Virus record (IMG/VR): IMGVR_UViG_3300023174_000138
Coordinates: 14,144-78,143 of that record
DNA: 64,000 nucleotides
Origin: a virus
Direction: 5' to 3' (one strand)
Below are positions 7,469 through 18,106 of this stretch, in pieces (position 1 is the stretch's first letter; every line of letters starts with the position of its first letter). Below the pieces are notes generated by a model. It was not told where the DNA came from. It made no database searches and was given only the letters and a program-made list of their open reading frames with translations. The translations under genes and the position numbers were made by a program.

Positions 7469-9913
7469 ATGGCAAGAACTATTCAAAGTCCAGGAGTTGA
7501 AATTCGTGAAGTTGACCTCACGTTAAGACCTGTAATCAATCAAGGCACTAGTGTATTTATAACTGGTTTTGCCGCTCAAGGCCCTATCGATGAAGTGTTA
7601 CAGCCAACCTCTTTAAGCGAATTTGAGCAAATTTACGGTACCCCGACCAATGCCGCAGAAAGATATTTTTATCATACAGTAAAGGCTGCCCTGCAAGGGC
7701 CAGTGCAGTTAAAAGTTTCTAGACTACCTTACGGTGATGATCGAGGTGAAGGCTTTGCTACATGGCGCTACAGCGCTCTAGTTTACCCAGCAGTCGGCTT
7801 CAACACAACAACCAATCCTATTTCTTCAACCTATACAAGCAAGCTTTCTGCAAATGCATTATTTCTTACGGCGCCTTATCACCTAGAATTATCTTTAGAA
7901 CAATATCAACTATTGGCTAATAATAATATTGATTGGTCGGTTGATGGTATTACTGCAGAAATTCCATTTACTGGGTTTAATGAAATAGGTAGAACAGCGA
8001 TAATAATCATAAACAAATCTCAAGTGACAAACAATAATAAGTTTGAAGGTTATTATGTCGCTTTAACAGACAATGCTAATGTTAACCCTGCTACACCCTT
8101 TGACGGTGTTGGCTCCATTAAAGCTGTAGGAGCGTCTCTACCAGTTATTGGTGAGGCTACCTCGTACATTAGTGTACCGAAAACTAGATTAAATTTTGCT
8201 TTATCTGCTACAAAATTTGGTGACGGTACAAGTATTAGTGAAGTAATGGAAAACATGAGCACATTTGATATAGCTGGTACAAACTTCTCTGATACATTAT
8301 CATTAGGTGTCTTCAAGCTAAGACAGAGCGTATTTTCACCAGATGTGATAGCGTTAGATTATGTTTTATCTGAAAAATATGTAGGCTCGCTTGATTATCA
8401 CAGACAGATTGCTTCTGAAACTGGTGGTGCACCGACGAGCTTTTTCTTAGGGAATTTAACAAAGAATTCCCCTAACATTAAGGTTTTAGTTAACCCTTAT
8501 ATTTCAAATCAACTATCCAATACATGGCTTGATTCTAGTGGTAAGCCAACAAAAACAGTGAGAATGGCATCTCAGCAAAACTTTACACCTTTAAGTGTTC
8601 AGGGAGCTGTTGACACAAGCACATCATTTTTAACACGCGTAGGTACAACATCCGCTGTTACTATTAAAGGTAGCGTGGTAAATCTCAAGAATTCAGAATT
8701 TGCAGATGTAAACGATTATGCTGACAGTCTGTTTCCACTTGGTGTATATTCAGAAACAGTTACAACTAATAAAAATATCGGAAGCTTGCCTCAGAAGTTA
8801 GAGCGTGTTTTCGATTTAGTTGAAAATGCCGATCTATATCCAATTAATATTGTCCCCGAAGCTGGTCTAGGATCAATTTATGTTGGTGTAACTGAGGCCG
8901 CGGTTAAGGCAAATATACCTCTTTCCGCGTGCGGTCCCTACAGTGAGACAACTCCAATCAACACATTAAGTAGTTTCTATACAACTAATAACGAGCTAAT
9001 AACCGATGAAGGATTGAGAATACGCGGTAATTATAATGCCGTAGCTAGTGTATTTGTAAATGCTGCGCAAAATCAAAGAAAAGACTTTTTAGTTGTTCTG
9101 GATGCTCTAAGACATATTTTTGTTCAAGGTGAGAACAATAAGATTATCAATACAAAGAAAATTTACAGTCCTAATGCAGGTGTTGATCCAGATCCTCGCG
9201 CACCAGGTTATGTAAGTACTAACTTTAGTCAACACATTTATTGGCCATTAAGACATCAATTTGGTCTGCTAGATTCTAGTTATGCATGTACATATGCTAC
9301 GGTAGCCCAGGTCTTAGATCCATCTACTAATAGACAGGTCTGGATTCCATTCTCTGGGTTTGCAACCGCTGCAATGGCTAATACTGATGCAAACTTTCAA
9401 CCATGGTTTGCCCCCGCAGGGTTTACACGCGGTATATTACTTGGTGTAAATGATCTTGGTGTTTATCCTAAGCAGAAGCAGCGCGATCAACTTTATAAAA
9501 TTGGTCTAAACCCTGTACCGTTCTTCCCTGTTGAAGGTTTTGTTATCTTCGGTCAGAAGACATTGCTCAAGAAGCCCAGCGCTTTTGATCGCATTAATGT
9601 ACGTAGATTATTCTTAAATCTAGAAGTAGCTACTAGGGACACTGTTAAGTATTTTGTGTTCGAACCCAACACATTGTTTACTAGAACACAAGTAATTAAT
9701 ACTTTAACACCTATTTTTGAAAATGCTAAGAATACTGAAGGGTTATATGATTATCTCATTATTTGCGATGAGCGTAATAATACGCCCGATGTTATCGATC
9801 AAAATGAAATGAAGGTTGATATTTATCTAAAGCCGGTCCGTGCCGCGGAGTTTATCTTAGTAAGCTTCTACGCTACACGTACTGGTCAAAACTTCCAGGA
9901 GTTAGTAGCGTAA
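7469..9913 (+). CDS. gp18: Tail sheath protein (T4 gp18-like)
   Basis: SPGVEIREVDLT N-terminus; PWFAPAGFTRG, GQKTL..KPSAFDRINVRRLF, FEPN and DERNNTPDVID motifs. Confidence 0.96.
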   Translation: MARTIQSPGVEIREVDLTLRPVINQGTSVFITGFAAQGPIDEVLQPTSLSEFEQIYGTPTNAAERYFYHTVKAALQGPVQLKVSRLPYGDDRGEGFATWRYSALVYPAVGFNTTTNPISSTYTSKLSANALFLTAPYHLELSLEQYQLLANNNIDWSVDGITAEIPFTGFNEIGRTAIIIINKSQVTNNNKFEGYYVALTDNANVNPATPFDGVGSIKAVGASLPVIGEATSYISVPKTRLNFALSATKFGDGTSISEVMENMSTFDIAGTNFSDTLSLGVFKLRQSVFSPDVIALDYVLSEKYVGSLDYHRQIASETGGAPTSFFLGNLTKNSPNIKVLVNPYISNQLSNTWLDSSGKPTKTVRMASQQNFTPLSVQGAVDTSTSFLTRVGTTSAVTIKGSVVNLKNSEFADVNDYADSLFPLGVYSETVTTNKNIGSLPQKLERVFDLVENADLYPINIVPEAGLGSIYVGVTEAAVKANIPLSACGPYSETTPINTLSSFYTTNNELITDEGLRIRGNYNAVASVFVNAAQNQRKDFLVVLDALRHIFVQGENNKIINTKKIYSPNAGVDPDPRAPGYVSTNFSQHIYWPLRHQFGLLDSSYACTYATVAQVLDPSTNRQVWIPFSGFATAAMANTDANFQPWFAPAGFTRGILLGVNDLGVYPKQKQRDQLYKIGLNPVPFFPVEGFVIFGQKTLLKKPSAFDRINVRRLFLNLEVATRDTVKYFVFEPNTLFTRTQVINTLTPIFENAKNTEGLYDYLIICDERNNTPDVIDQNEMKVDIYLKPVRAAEFILVSFYATRTGQNFQELVA

Positions 9914-9925
9914 CAGTGAGAGGGA

Positions 9926-9932
9926 ATAAATA
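9926..9932 (+). promoter_or_regulatory. Late promoter for the tail tube gene
   Basis: ATAAATA 5 nt before ATG 9938. Confidence 0.75.
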
Positions 9933-9937
9933 ATTTT

Positions 9938-10489
9938 ATGGCTGATGTAAAACAATTAATTGCTGATTTTTATAGGGTTGCATCTACTAGAGATTTTCAA
10001 CGCGATATTCAATTTCGTGTATTGAGCATCACCCCTGGTGGCACAACTATTAGTTTTGATGAAAATGATTTAGTGTATGCAAAAGCAGCGAGTTTACCTG
10101 CACGTCAAATTACAAATGTACAAGCTAAGTTTATGGGATTAAATTTCAACCTTCCTGGTACCGCAGCATACCCTAACAGTGACGGTTATACACTAACATT
10201 CTATAATGATGCTAAGAATAATTTAAGACAAAAATTTGAAGATTGGACCCGTGATACATTTAATGATGCTAACAGCACCGGTAATTACTTCACACCTACA
10301 CAAGCCAGTACAATAGATCTAGTTCAGCTAGACACTCAAATGAACAGAGTTGCACAATATCAACTTGTAGGTGTGAGTATTCGCAATGTTGGTGATATCA
10401 AATATAGTATCGGTGAAGGCACTGGTCAAATAGTTGATTTCGACGTTACTCTAGCTTATCACTATTTCACACGCAAAGAATTATCTTAA
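9938..10489 (+). CDS. gp19: Tail tube protein (T4 gp19-like)
   Basis: AASLPA, LTFYND...LRQKFEDW and FDVTLAYHYF motifs; follows the sheath gene. Confidence 0.88.
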   Translation: MADVKQLIADFYRVASTRDFQRDIQFRVLSITPGGTTISFDENDLVYAKAASLPARQITNVQAKFMGLNFNLPGTAAYPNSDGYTLTFYNDAKNNLRQKFEDWTRDTFNDANSTGNYFTPTQASTIDLVQLDTQMNRVAQYQLVGVSIRNVGDIKYSIGEGTGQIVDFDVTLAYHYFTRKELS

Positions 10490-10515
10490 TTTAATCAGTG
10501 CCATAAATATTTTAA

Positions 10516-11454
10516 ATGGCACTTTCTAATCCATTAATTGATGCTTTCCAGGGCTTAGTTTCTAACACTGTTGGTGTTGGTCGCGGTGTTAATCCTCTTA
10601 GCCAGCCTCAAATTACTACACTACTCGGGTTTAATATTCCTGGTGTACCATTAGTTAGTACTAGAGATTACTTTTTACTTCAACTACAATCATGGCTTAC
10701 TTCTCTACCGCTACAAACCCAATGGATTGCTGTTATAGATAGTTTTCCTTACGCATTAAGAACTGAGCTATTACAGAGTCTAGAAAGGACAGACGGCGGT
10801 AAAAAAGGCTTTGATATTGACCGAGCACGAGCAATATTAACGAGCTATCCATTACAAAAAGTAATAGGGTGTGTATTTGCACAAGGCGCACAAATACCTG
10901 GCGAGACCCTAACTGTTATGGATACGCCGTTAGACAATAATAGAGGATTTGTACCTGGTATAATATCTGATAAGCGATCTGGGTACGCTGGTAACCCTCT
11001 TGCATTAGATTTTTTAGAAACAAATACAAGTATTGTAGATTTTGTCTTTAGACCCTGGGTGATGCTCGCTAGTCATTATGGTCTAGTTGCGCGACCAGGA
11101 GATATGCCCGGGTCTAAAGACCTTTTTAACGTTAAATCAAACATTACATTACTATGTTATACGCGTAGCTATCAAAACGTAAGTCAAATTCCAAGAAAAG
11201 TATTTACATTTTATAACGTTGTACCCACGCTAATTAATAACTTTAATTTAGACTATGGCTCTGAACCCACAGATGCTACTGCATATCGTGTAAATTTTAC
11301 TTACACGAATTATACTATACAAAATAATCTATACTTTCCGCTTGCAGATATTATTCAAACTGCAAGTTCTGTATTCAACAACGGGTATACACCTACAGTA
11401 TCACCGTTACAGTCTTCAAATAATTACCCTCAAAATGTAGCTGGTTTTTTCTAA
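10516..11454 (+). CDS. Tube-fold baseplate protein (gp54-like tail tube initiator)
   Basis: LDFLETN...VDFVFRPW and FTFYNVVPT...VNFTYTNY tube-like motifs; position after the tube gene. Confidence 0.55.
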   Translation: MALSNPLIDAFQGLVSNTVGVGRGVNPLSQPQITTLLGFNIPGVPLVSTRDYFLLQLQSWLTSLPLQTQWIAVIDSFPYALRTELLQSLERTDGGKKGFDIDRARAILTSYPLQKVIGCVFAQGAQIPGETLTVMDTPLDNNRGFVPGIISDKRSGYAGNPLALDFLETNTSIVDFVFRPWVMLASHYGLVARPGDMPGSKDLFNVKSNITLLCYTRSYQNVSQIPRKVFTFYNVVPTLINNFNLDYGSEPTDATAYRVNFTYTNYTIQNNLYFPLADIIQTASSVFNNGYTPTVSPLQSSNNYPQNVAGFF

Positions 11455-11473
11455 TTTTTTTGTTAACTAGCAT

Positions 11474-12298
11474 ATGGAGTTTGTTCTAAATTGTTGGGTC
11501 CCATCATTAAGCGGTTTTTATAAAATAAAAGAACTCAGAAACCGGCAAATATCTACCCTCTCGAAATATATTCTTAACGAAGATCACCCCGGTACAAATC
11601 AGTGTTTTGAAGAAATAATAAAAGAAAATTTTGTAGATTACAATGCATATAGTTTAAACCGTTTTGATAAATGGTTTATCCTAACATTTCTGCGTGCAAT
11701 TAACGTTTCTCCAACACTATATCTTCAAACTACAAATACAGGTAACATACCATGTAATATAGAAATATCACTTTTTGATATTTTAACTAAACTATCGGAA
11801 ATTAATTGTATAGATACTTTTAAAATAGGTGTTGAAAATATTAATTTTTTGCTACAACCTCATAAATTATTATTTACCGATGAACCAGTTTTAGACTCTA
11901 TTGCTACGGTTGAATATAAGAGTCAAAATATTACAGATTTAAAATTAATAAAAGAATTGCTTTTAAAAAATGTCAATTTAAGAAACTACATAGCTCAGGA
12001 ATTACTTCTTAAAGATGGTCAGTCTCAACACTACATTATAAAAAATAATAATACTTCACTTAATTTAGCTGATTTACCGGTGCGTGTTTATGATAATACA
12101 TTATTCTTTTTTGTAAGGTCTATCTATTTACCCTACTGCAAGGGATTATATGAAAAGCAGTATAATTTAATGAGATTTGGCAATTTTAGCTATAGTGATC
12201 TACAGCAATTAACACCTGCAGAAAGTGATATTTTCCTAAATTTATTTAAACAAGATGAATCTGATAAATCTCAGTCTAATGGTATTAATATTCAATAA
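11474..12298 (+). CDS. Baseplate hub assembly protein (gp26-like fused to a gp51-like C-terminus)
   Basis: D..FILTFLRAINV is gp26-like. C-terminal YEKQYNLMRFGNFSYSDLQQLTPAESDIFLNLF resembles gp51. Confidence 0.55.
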   Translation: MEFVLNCWVPSLSGFYKIKELRNRQISTLSKYILNEDHPGTNQCFEEIIKENFVDYNAYSLNRFDKWFILTFLRAINVSPTLYLQTTNTGNIPCNIEISLFDILTKLSEINCIDTFKIGVENINFLLQPHKLLFTDEPVLDSIATVEYKSQNITDLKLIKELLLKNVNLRNYIAQELLLKDGQSQHYIIKNNNTSLNLADLPVRVYDNTLFFFVRSIYLPYCKGLYEKQYNLMRFGNFSYSDLQQLTPAESDIFLNLFKQDESDKSQSNGINIQ

Positions 12299-12309
12299 CT
12301 GGAAAACAT

Positions 12310-12317
12310 TATAAATA
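12310..12317 (+). promoter_or_regulatory. Late promoter
   Basis: TATAAATA 7 nt before ATG 12325. Confidence 0.75.
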
Positions 12318-12324
12318 TATTATT

Positions 12325-13869
12325 ATGGACGATATTAGCTCTGCAAGTAAAGCATCTCACGAGCTAGATCAATTGCTTCTTGATATAACCATGGGTGATC
12401 TGAATAAGGATTTTGCCAATGCTGATAATACAGCAAAGAACTTAATTCAATTTACCCCGGTCGAAGTACCTAGCGACAAAATAGCTGATCCCTTAGCGGT
12501 AGCTAGTCCGCAGTCTAGTAAGCAGGGCGAAACCACTAGTGATATTATTCAAGACATTAACTTATCAGATCTTGATAGGCTTAACCAAAAATTTACCGAG
12601 CAAACAGCTCGTAATAATCAACCAACTGAGCCTGCAGCCTCTCAACCGCAACAACTTCCTGTAAAGCAAGAAAAACCTGAAAAAACATTACCTCAACCTG
12701 CTTTACAAAAATTTGATGAAAAAGCTTTTAACGAAGAAATGGAAAAAATGGAAGAGAAACTAGCTAGAGATACTGCCCATTTGGCTCCTCCGCCAGATAT
12801 ATTTTCAAAAAGTACACCTAGCGCAGCGGATAAGGTCAAGGCCATAAAGGAAAAAACCGTTACAGAGGGCAAACCAGCAGCTAGCCTGGCAGAAACTCAA
12901 GAAAAAAAATTACCCGATTGGGTAACTATGCCTGTAAAGAAAAAAGATAAAGAAGAAGTAGTTACTAAAGATGTACCTGCAATAAAAGAAAATATTAAAA
13001 CAACTGGCATTCAACCTGATACAGTTAAAGTAGCTAAACCAGAGCCAGTTCAAGCACCTAACACACCTGTAGCAGCTCCGGTAGCTAAGATTACCACACC
13101 ACCTGCATTACGTACCGAGCAAGAAGCTACCACAAAAAAATCCGAACCTAATCAAGGTTTAAAGCCTTTTAGTGAAGCACAAGTAGCGCAAGCACCAAAA
13201 CCAGAATCAAAAGAAAATAAGCCTAAACGACCTATTGATAATCCAAATATAGCTAACCAAATACAGTCTGCATTAAGAGGTATTAATGAGCTAAGCCCGG
13301 CACTTGATGTTTTTAATCTTAAGGCGTATGTTAATCAGGGTATTAAAGAAGGTGCCGCAATGAGAGGTGCACCTGGAGTAACGGATATGGAGTCATTGCT
13401 AAAGCAGTTACCATTTGCCTCTATACCAAAGCAACCATCTGCTGAACAATCACAGCAAGCAGCACCAGAACAGCCATCAACACCATTTAATTTTAACCTT
13501 GGCTCTTCTATACCAAATATATCGGAGCGCAGGTCTCCAACAGCCCTCGCAAGTAATAACGATAGATCACTTATTGTTATAAATCAAAATTTAAATAAGA
13601 TATCAATTAGTCTTCAGCAAACACAACAAACTCTTGTCAACTCGCTAAATTCGCTAAATAATACAGCAATGGAAATACTAAGAACTATACCAACTATATC
13701 CATACAACAAGGTCAAACTAATAGTAGTGCTAGTACTAGCAACAATAAAGGTCACTTCACACCCACTGAATCGTTAAACTTAATAGGTAATTTTAGAGAT
13801 AAACTCGGATTAACGCCACGAACGTTTGCTAATAATACCGTTTTTCCAGGTAATAACAGCATAGCATAA
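12325..13869 (+). CDS. Low-complexity P/K/E/Q-rich protein, candidate tape measure or hub protein
   Basis: 514 aa, largely disordered-looking; lies between the gp26/51-like and gp48-like genes. Confidence 0.45.
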   Translation: MDDISSASKASHELDQLLLDITMGDLNKDFANADNTAKNLIQFTPVEVPSDKIADPLAVASPQSSKQGETTSDIIQDINLSDLDRLNQKFTEQTARNNQPTEPAASQPQQLPVKQEKPEKTLPQPALQKFDEKAFNEEMEKMEEKLARDTAHLAPPPDIFSKSTPSAADKVKAIKEKTVTEGKPAASLAETQEKKLPDWVTMPVKKKDKEEVVTKDVPAIKENIKTTGIQPDTVKVAKPEPVQAPNTPVAAPVAKITTPPALRTEQEATTKKSEPNQGLKPFSEAQVAQAPKPESKENKPKRPIDNPNIANQIQSALRGINELSPALDVFNLKAYVNQGIKEGAAMRGAPGVTDMESLLKQLPFASIPKQPSAEQSQQAAPEQPSTPFNFNLGSSIPNISERRSPTALASNNDRSLIVINQNLNKISISLQQTQQTLVNSLNSLNNTAMEILRTIPTISIQQGQTNSSASTSNNKGHFTPTESLNLIGNFRDKLGLTPRTFANNTVFPGNNSIA

Positions 13870-13870
13870 T

Positions 13871-15340
13871 ATGAACCTATACACATTTGAAAGTTTTTCT
13901 CAGCCAAATCCCATGTTGAACGGGGCCCCGCGATTAATGCCTGCGGGTATGATTTCTGGCCAGGGCGCCAATTATATAGCAAAAGATAGTGCTAGCTATG
14001 GATTGATTGATGTTATTAACAAATTTCAATGGACAACATCGCCAAAATCTTCTCGACAAGAAGTACCTAACATACTATTAAAAGAAAAGCGTCTTAAGAA
14101 TAATGCTCTTTATGCGCAAGTCGCTTATTATGGGTTAGCACTTGGCGGTGTTATGGCTGGTGGACTTGGTGGTTTAACTTCGCTAAACGAAACATTTAGA
14201 CCATTTGCGCAGGCATTAGTCGGCGGGTTCGGTGCACAAACGTTTGCAAGTACAGTGACAAAGACTTTGCAAAATATAACTTCCTTTATTAATGGCGATG
14301 CGGGTGGGTTGGGCTCGGGGTTACTTTCAAAATCTTTAGAACTTGCGACAGCCGGGCTTGGTATAGCTGGCGGTGCTATGGCCACCCCCGAAAACATACA
14401 AATGGGCCTTAACACTATAGCGCAAGCAGCTCAATTATTAGGTCAGAATATGCCTGGTAAATTTAATATAGAAAGATTAGCTAGTGACACACTGCAACCC
14501 TATGAAGGTCTTTACATAACTGAAGATACAAAGTTTATCTACAGCCTTCCATACTTTAGCGATGAACAAAACAGTATTAATAATGCCTTCGGAGATTTTG
14601 ATGAAGTAATGGGCCAAGGCGGTCTTGATCCACTCAATGCATATGCAGCCGCACAAAATGTTAGAGCTGCTGCAAACTTTATGTCCGGCACACTTAATTT
14701 TGATGCCCCCGGCATTTATATTGAAAAGCCTAAGTTTTTTAATTTTAAAGAACAAGGCGAACAAATTAGATTTAGGTTTCCTCTTATTAATACTGGGTGG
14801 TCGACATATGAAGATGTGTGTCAAAACTGGCAGTTAATGTATCTTTTAGCTTATCAAAATAGACCTAATAGAAGAAGCCGTGATTTAATAGATCCAGCTG
14901 TAATTTACGAGCTAACAATACCTGGTGTAAGATTTTACCCTTTCGCGTATATTAGTGACATGTCTATTAATTTTGTTGGAGCTAGACGTAGAATGAATTT
15001 AACGGTACCTTTAGCTGGTGGCTCTAGATCTATAAACACAATTGTGCCTGATGCTTATGTGATTGATATAACATTAACAACACTTGTATCTGAAACTCAG
15101 AACTTTCTTTTTGCACTTTTACATGATAAGCAGGATGTTATTACGACGGTTGAGCAAAGATCGGTGTTTGATATTTTTGCTGAAGAAGCAAGAAGAGGGT
15201 TTAATAGGACTGTGCTTCAAAGTCAAGAGCCAACAACTAGATCTGGCGCTCAACAATTAGGTGAAGCCGCAGGCAATATTATTAATTTCTTTAGGAAATC
15301 ACCTGTCGGATCAGGTCCCGGGTCAGGAGGTATACAATGA
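13871..15340 (+). CDS. Baseplate tail-tube cap-like protein (gp48-like)
   Basis: Gly/Ala-rich central part, then IRFRFPLINT, PG.RFYPFAYISDMSINF and IDITLTTL; coupled to the upstream gene by TAATATG. Confidence 0.5.
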   Translation: MNLYTFESFSQPNPMLNGAPRLMPAGMISGQGANYIAKDSASYGLIDVINKFQWTTSPKSSRQEVPNILLKEKRLKNNALYAQVAYYGLALGGVMAGGLGGLTSLNETFRPFAQALVGGFGAQTFASTVTKTLQNITSFINGDAGGLGSGLLSKSLELATAGLGIAGGAMATPENIQMGLNTIAQAAQLLGQNMPGKFNIERLASDTLQPYEGLYITEDTKFIYSLPYFSDEQNSINNAFGDFDEVMGQGGLDPLNAYAAAQNVRAAANFMSGTLNFDAPGIYIEKPKFFNFKEQGEQIRFRFPLINTGWSTYEDVCQNWQLMYLLAYQNRPNRRSRDLIDPAVIYELTIPGVRFYPFAYISDMSINFVGARRRMNLTVPLAGGSRSINTIVPDAYVIDITLTTLVSETQNFLFALLHDKQDVITTVEQRSVFDIFAEEARRGFNRTVLQSQEPTTRSGAQQLGEAAGNIINFFRKSPVGSGPGSGGIQ

Positions 15341-15729
15341 CCGGCTTAAGTGCGTTAGGGGTATTTAGAAAAGATTTAGATTTTCTAGAAACTGTACCCA
15401 GTATAAGCTACGAAAATATATTTCGTATGTATTCTACAGAAAATACAGAATCTTCAAATTTTTACTATTTTAATATTTTAAATAGTGTTTATTTTCCTGA
15501 TAATATACCCACAGGTAGTTATTATACAATTACTCTAAATAAACGGTTACCGTGGACAGCAATAAGCTATAATGAGTATAGGACAATAGATCTATGGTGG
15601 ATTATAGCACTAGCAAATAAAATATATAATCCCGTATATTATCCGGCTCCCGGTTCGACGTTAAGAATTATTAAACCTGAATATGTGAAGTTAATTTTTG
15701 ATGAAATAACCTTACAGACAAAGCAATAA
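15337..15729 (+). CDS. Baseplate wedge protein with LysM-like motif (gp53-like)
   Basis: ISYNEYRTIDLWWIIALANKI.NP...P.PG..LRI motif. Confidence 0.75.
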   Translation: MTGLSALGVFRKDLDFLETVPSISYENIFRMYSTENTESSNFYYFNILNSVYFPDNIPTGSYYTITLNKRLPWTAISYNEYRTIDLWWIIALANKIYNPVYYPAPGSTLRIIKPEYVKLIFDEITLQTKQ

Positions 15730-17282
15730 TGAACTCGATACAAAACTTAAGTTTTACTGGTAAACCAGAGCGTGTGACTATAGGTGATAATACTTATGAA
15801 TTTAATATAATGTTAATTAACGGTGACGGTCAAACTATTGGTATAAAATACTCAAGTTTAGTTGAGTTGTCTATCTCTGATACCTTAACAAACTTTTACG
15901 CTGATGGATATATTATTTTTAATAACGCATTAGATGCATTAGAGAGTGTTCAGAGTATTTCAACAGATGTAAGGGGTCGCCCAGAGCAAGCGTTTTCTAC
16001 ATTTACGTTTCGTGGAGATGGAAGAGATTTCTTAGCAATTAATATACAGCCTTCTGTTCACACAGATGACACCGATCCAATAAACCACGTTGATAATAAA
16101 AATCAATTCTCTCTTAATTACATGTTCTCTATTCTTGACATGCAGGACATTATTACGGAGGATAAAGAAACTAAACTTAAGAAATTATATTTTTGTGATT
16201 TTGTTTTTCAAATTTTAAACGAAAAAAACGCCTATTTTTCAACAAGTAAACTTTCAACAGATAAAGGAAAAGGAAACACAAACAGGAGCATTTATACTGG
16301 CGAGGCAATAAAACAGCTTCTAGCATCTACCCTTTCACAGGACACTGGACTCACACAAAAATTTAGCGCTAAATGGGATCGGGGAGAAGAAAAAATATTT
16401 TACAGTAGCTCCGCTGGTGGCAAAGCTATTGATGATCTGTATTATCTTTTAGATTATCATGTTAGTACAAAAGAGAATGACTATTGCCCTGCGTTGTTAA
16501 GAAAAAACAGACAAAATATATGGACATTGAGTCCTGTGACAGAGTTATTTAAATCTGCATATTACAAAGGGTCTTCATCTCTAGGAGATATAGGCGGGAC
16601 AGGATTAATAGAGAATTTTATTATCGGGAAACCTACATCGGGAGATTATAATCCTATTAATTCAATAGAACGTAATCCTAAAACTTCGTTTTTTGCTAAT
16701 AATTTGCCTGATTATTCATTTATAGAAAATTTCGAAAGTGCCAATATTAGCGCACCTTCCAGTACATATGGCGTTGCAACGCACGTAGTACACAATTACA
16801 ACGTTGCAGAAAAAACGTTTTCTATTGACTTAGCAGAAAATAGCATAAACTCTGCTTTTAAGAAATATAAAAAACATTTTGTTCAAACTCAAAAAGGACT
16901 GATAGGTTCTTCGCCTAGTGCAAATTTATCACTTAATAGGACTAAGACCGATAATAAAAATGTTCATCATGTTTTTAACCCTAACCCCACTCAAACTATT
17001 AGGTTAAATTCTGGTAGCAATAAAATTCTACTTAATTCGATTTTTAACAATACAACCATTGGATTTAAAACACGTGGAAGTATTTTTAGGGAAGCTGGTA
17101 AATTCTTTACGGCAGACAGACGTGATTTTGCCAATAGTTCCGCTTTTGATAATAAAATGCTCGGCACGTATTTGATAACTAAAGTAGATCATGTATTTAA
17201 AAACGGACAGTATTATAATTATCTGGTTGGTGTGAAAACATATGCTGCAGAAAAAACTAAAAATTCTAACGAGATTATATGA
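15729..17282 (+). CDS. Baseplate hub protein (gp27-like)
   Basis: C-terminal RG...REAGKF...GTYLITKVDHVF...Y motif typical of hub proteins. Confidence 0.6.
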   Translation: MNSIQNLSFTGKPERVTIGDNTYEFNIMLINGDGQTIGIKYSSLVELSISDTLTNFYADGYIIFNNALDALESVQSISTDVRGRPEQAFSTFTFRGDGRDFLAINIQPSVHTDDTDPINHVDNKNQFSLNYMFSILDMQDIITEDKETKLKKLYFCDFVFQILNEKNAYFSTSKLSTDKGKGNTNRSIYTGEAIKQLLASTLSQDTGLTQKFSAKWDRGEEKIFYSSSAGGKAIDDLYYLLDYHVSTKENDYCPALLRKNRQNIWTLSPVTELFKSAYYKGSSSLGDIGGTGLIENFIIGKPTSGDYNPINSIERNPKTSFFANNLPDYSFIENFESANISAPSSTYGVATHVVHNYNVAEKTFSIDLAENSINSAFKKYKKHFVQTQKGLIGSSPSANLSLNRTKTDNKNVHHVFNPNPTQTIRLNSGSNKILLNSIFNNTTIGFKTRGSIFREAGKFFTADRRDFANSSAFDNKMLGTYLITKVDHVFKNGQYYNYLVGVKTYAAEKTKNSNEII

Positions 17283-18106
17283 GTACATCTATTGATCCGC
17301 ATTTAATGCAAATTAGTCTTTTTTATAAAAAAGATTTCTATCAACAGGCCTCTAACTACTTGCAAGCTGTACAAAGCTATTCTTCTGAGCTTGAGACCGC
17401 TATTAACTTTGCAAAATCAAAAGTGGCTAATGATCCGATCACTACTATGGGTCAATTTTTTATAGAGTTAGATAAAAAAATGAAATCTATGTCACCTCAA
17501 TTTGCCGCGAATTGGATAAAAACATTTAATAGTGCTCACGAGCAAGTCAGAAATGAAGTAGGTGTTGCAATAGGAACAGGTACTTTTTATAGAAGTTTTA
17601 GCGATAGTATTGGCGTACTCACAAGGCAGGAAAATGTATACGATGAAAGTACGCAATCTGTATTGAACAATGCGTTTCCTTTAAGATATGGTGCTTCATT
17701 AACTAATAAAATACATCCAAGGATTCAGCTTCTACATGGTGAAATAAGCAACAAATTAAACACTGTAATGAATAAAAACCTTAAAAATATTCAGACACAA
17801 GGTACTTCACCGGATAAAGCCCACGGAGAAAATTTAGTACCAGATATTGCCCATGTAAAGAGAGTACAGGGGTTAGTACCTACGTTAAACCAGCGTATAA
17901 GAAACGAGTTTAAAGAACTCTACAATGTAATTTCTTTCTATTGCAATTACAATCCACGGTCAGCATCTCAGAATATACAATTTGTACCTAACATTAATAT
18001 TTCAGTAAACGTTGAAGGGACCCCTGTTAATCAGGATGTACTGTTTAATCAGCTTCAAGATGTTAAAAGAGATATTACTACTAAGAAAGTGTTGGGTGTA
18101 GCGTAA
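17279..18106 (+). CDS. Hypothetical (probable virion) protein
   Basis: 275-aa ORF with an ATGA overlap with the hub gene. Confidence 0.65.
   Translation: MSTSIDPHLMQISLFYKKDFYQQASNYLQAVQSYSSELETAINFAKSKVANDPITTMGQFFIELDKKMKSMSPQFAANWIKTFNSAHEQVRNEVGVAIGTGTFYRSFSDSIGVLTRQENVYDESTQSVLNNAFPLRYGASLTNKIHPRIQLLHGEISNKLNTVMNKNLKNIQTQGTSPDKAHGENLVPDIAHVKRVQGLVPTLNQRIRNEFKELYNVISFYCNYNPRSASQNIQFVPNINISVNVEGTPVNQDVLFNQLQDVKRDITTKKVLGVA

Noticed and set aside
5053-9913. Inteins or introns in the terminase or sheath genes
   Set aside because: The ORFs are continuous, with no intein termini or LAGLIDADG motifs. The extra sheath length fits an ordinary insertion domain.
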